Shown here: positions 53,294-54,142 of the stretch, one piece after another
How the letters are laid out: every line of letters starts with the position of its first letter
Position numbering within the stretch: position 1 is the first letter of the stretch
Assembly (NCBI GenBank): GCA_964355745.1
Contig: CAYHEN010000003.1
Location: forward strand, 1-54,142
Length of the DNA stretch: 54,142 nt
Source: Candidatus Woesearchaeota archaeon
GTDB lineage: Archaea > Nanobdellota > Nanobdellia > Pacearchaeales > GW2011-AR1
Direction: 5' to 3'
Made by a program: the position numbers and the translations under genes
Notes under the pieces: model-generated
What the model saw: the letters and a program-made list of their open reading frames with translations, nothing else
The model's database searches: none
Told to the model about the DNA's origin: nothing

Positions 53294-53961
53294 CAACAAC
53301 AATAGCAAGAATAAAACAAAAGGGGAAACACTTTGAAATTATAGTTGATTTGGATGAAGCATTGAAATTCAAGAAAGGGCAATCTTCTTCTTTTGAAGCA
53401 GAAGACGACAGAGTTTTCACAAATTCAAAGAGGGGAGAAGTTGCATCAACTTCTGATTTAACTTCCAGTTTTGGAACAGCAGACACTTCAGAAATTATCA
53501 GGAGAATAGTAAAAGAGGGGGAAGTTTTAGTAACTCAAGATTACAGGGATGAAGAAAGGGAAAAGAAATTGAAGCAAGTTGTTGACTTTCTGTCTAAAAA
53601 TAGTATAAATCCGCAAACAGGCTTACCACACAGCCCAGACAGAATACACAAAGCATTGGAAGAAGCTCATGTTAATATTAAAAACACATCGATAGATAAT
53701 CAAATTAAGGAAATTCTTGAAGAAATAACCAAGATAATCCCCCTAAAAATACAAACGAAAAGAATAAAAATCAAAATTCCTGCAATACATACAGGAAAAG
53801 CTTACAGTATCATAAACCAATATAAGGAAGACGAAAATTGGCTTAATGATGGAAGCTTGGAAGTTGTTATAAGCATTCCGGCAGGAATGATTATGGATTT
53901 TTATGATAAATTAAATTCAGCGACGCATGGAAGCGCAATAACAGAGGAAATAAAAAATTAA
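53290..53961 (+). CDS. SBDS-family ribosome maturation protein
   Basis: 223 aa. Contains 'ARIKQKGKHFEIIVD'. Canonical position in the exosome superoperon. Confidence 0.85.
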   Translation: MTTTIARIKQKGKHFEIIVDLDEALKFKKGQSSSFEAEDDRVFTNSKRGEVASTSDLTSSFGTADTSEIIRRIVKEGEVLVTQDYRDEEREKKLKQVVDFLSKNSINPQTGLPHSPDRIHKALEEAHVNIKNTSIDNQIKEILEEITKIIPLKIQTKRIKIKIPAIHTGKAYSIINQYKEDENWLNDGSLEVVISIPAGMIMDFYDKLNSATHGSAITEEIKN

Positions 53962-53962
53962 A

Positions 53963-54142
53963 ATGTCAGAAGAACATCCAAGAAAAGTCATAGTACCTGG
54001 AGAAATAATTTTTGAAGGGGAAGATTATCTTCCTGGAGAAGGAACAGAGAAGAGAGGAGAGGAGATTGTAGCAATAAGATATGGTTTAGCAGAAGAATCG
54101 AAAAAGTTAGTCAAAGTAATTCCTTTATCCGGTGTTTATCAG
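53963..54142 (+). CDS. rrp4: Exosome RNA-binding subunit Rrp4 (N-terminal 60 codons; runs off the window)
   Basis: 'VIVPGEIIFEGEDYLPGEGT' matches an Rrp4 N-terminal domain, and the gene order fits. Confidence 0.7.
   Translation, partial: MSEEHPRKVIVPGEIIFEGEDYLPGEGTEKRGEEIVAIRYGLAEESKKLVKVIPLSGVYQ

Overview
AT-rich (by eye about one-third G+C), gene-dense window that reads as a small-genome archaeon, most plausibly DPANN-like. That placement is an inference from gene content and was not checked by any search.

Archaeal housekeeping markers:
- Proteasome alpha and beta subunits
- aCPSF1 (KH domains plus beta-CASP)
- RNase J
- RtcB plus archease
- Class I CCA-adding enzyme
- Mre11-Rad50
- The Pop5 / PsmA / SBDS / Rrp4 'exosome superoperon'
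- A presenilin-like GxGD protease
- A TrmB-family regulator
- A two-subunit 2-oxoacid:ferredoxin oxidoreductase
- PRPP synthetase
- A GTPase / DUF2073 / Zn-ribbon triad

RNA genes:
- A complete tRNA-Thr(CGU) with no encoded CCA
- A tRNA 5' fragment at the window edge
- A probable SRP (7S) RNA
- One further structured-RNA candidate of unknown identity

Accessory content:
- A roughly 8-kb archaeal type IV pilus locus (15.2-23.4 kb): seven prepilin-like genes, a FlaI/PilB-type ATPase, and a platform protein split into two genes. The signal-peptide leaders are unusual.
- Several operons of secreted or anchored surface proteins (PKD, FN3-like, DUF5011-like Ig domains, cysteine-rich repeat proteins)
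- Five or six toxin-antitoxin modules, some with palindromic operators
- An apparent serial-insertion hotspot at the 3' end of a thermonuclease-LTD gene

I saw no CRISPR array, rRNA, transposase, integrase or reverse transcriptase. All calls come from reading motifs in the supplied ORF translations and the DNA by eye, so homology-based names are provisional.
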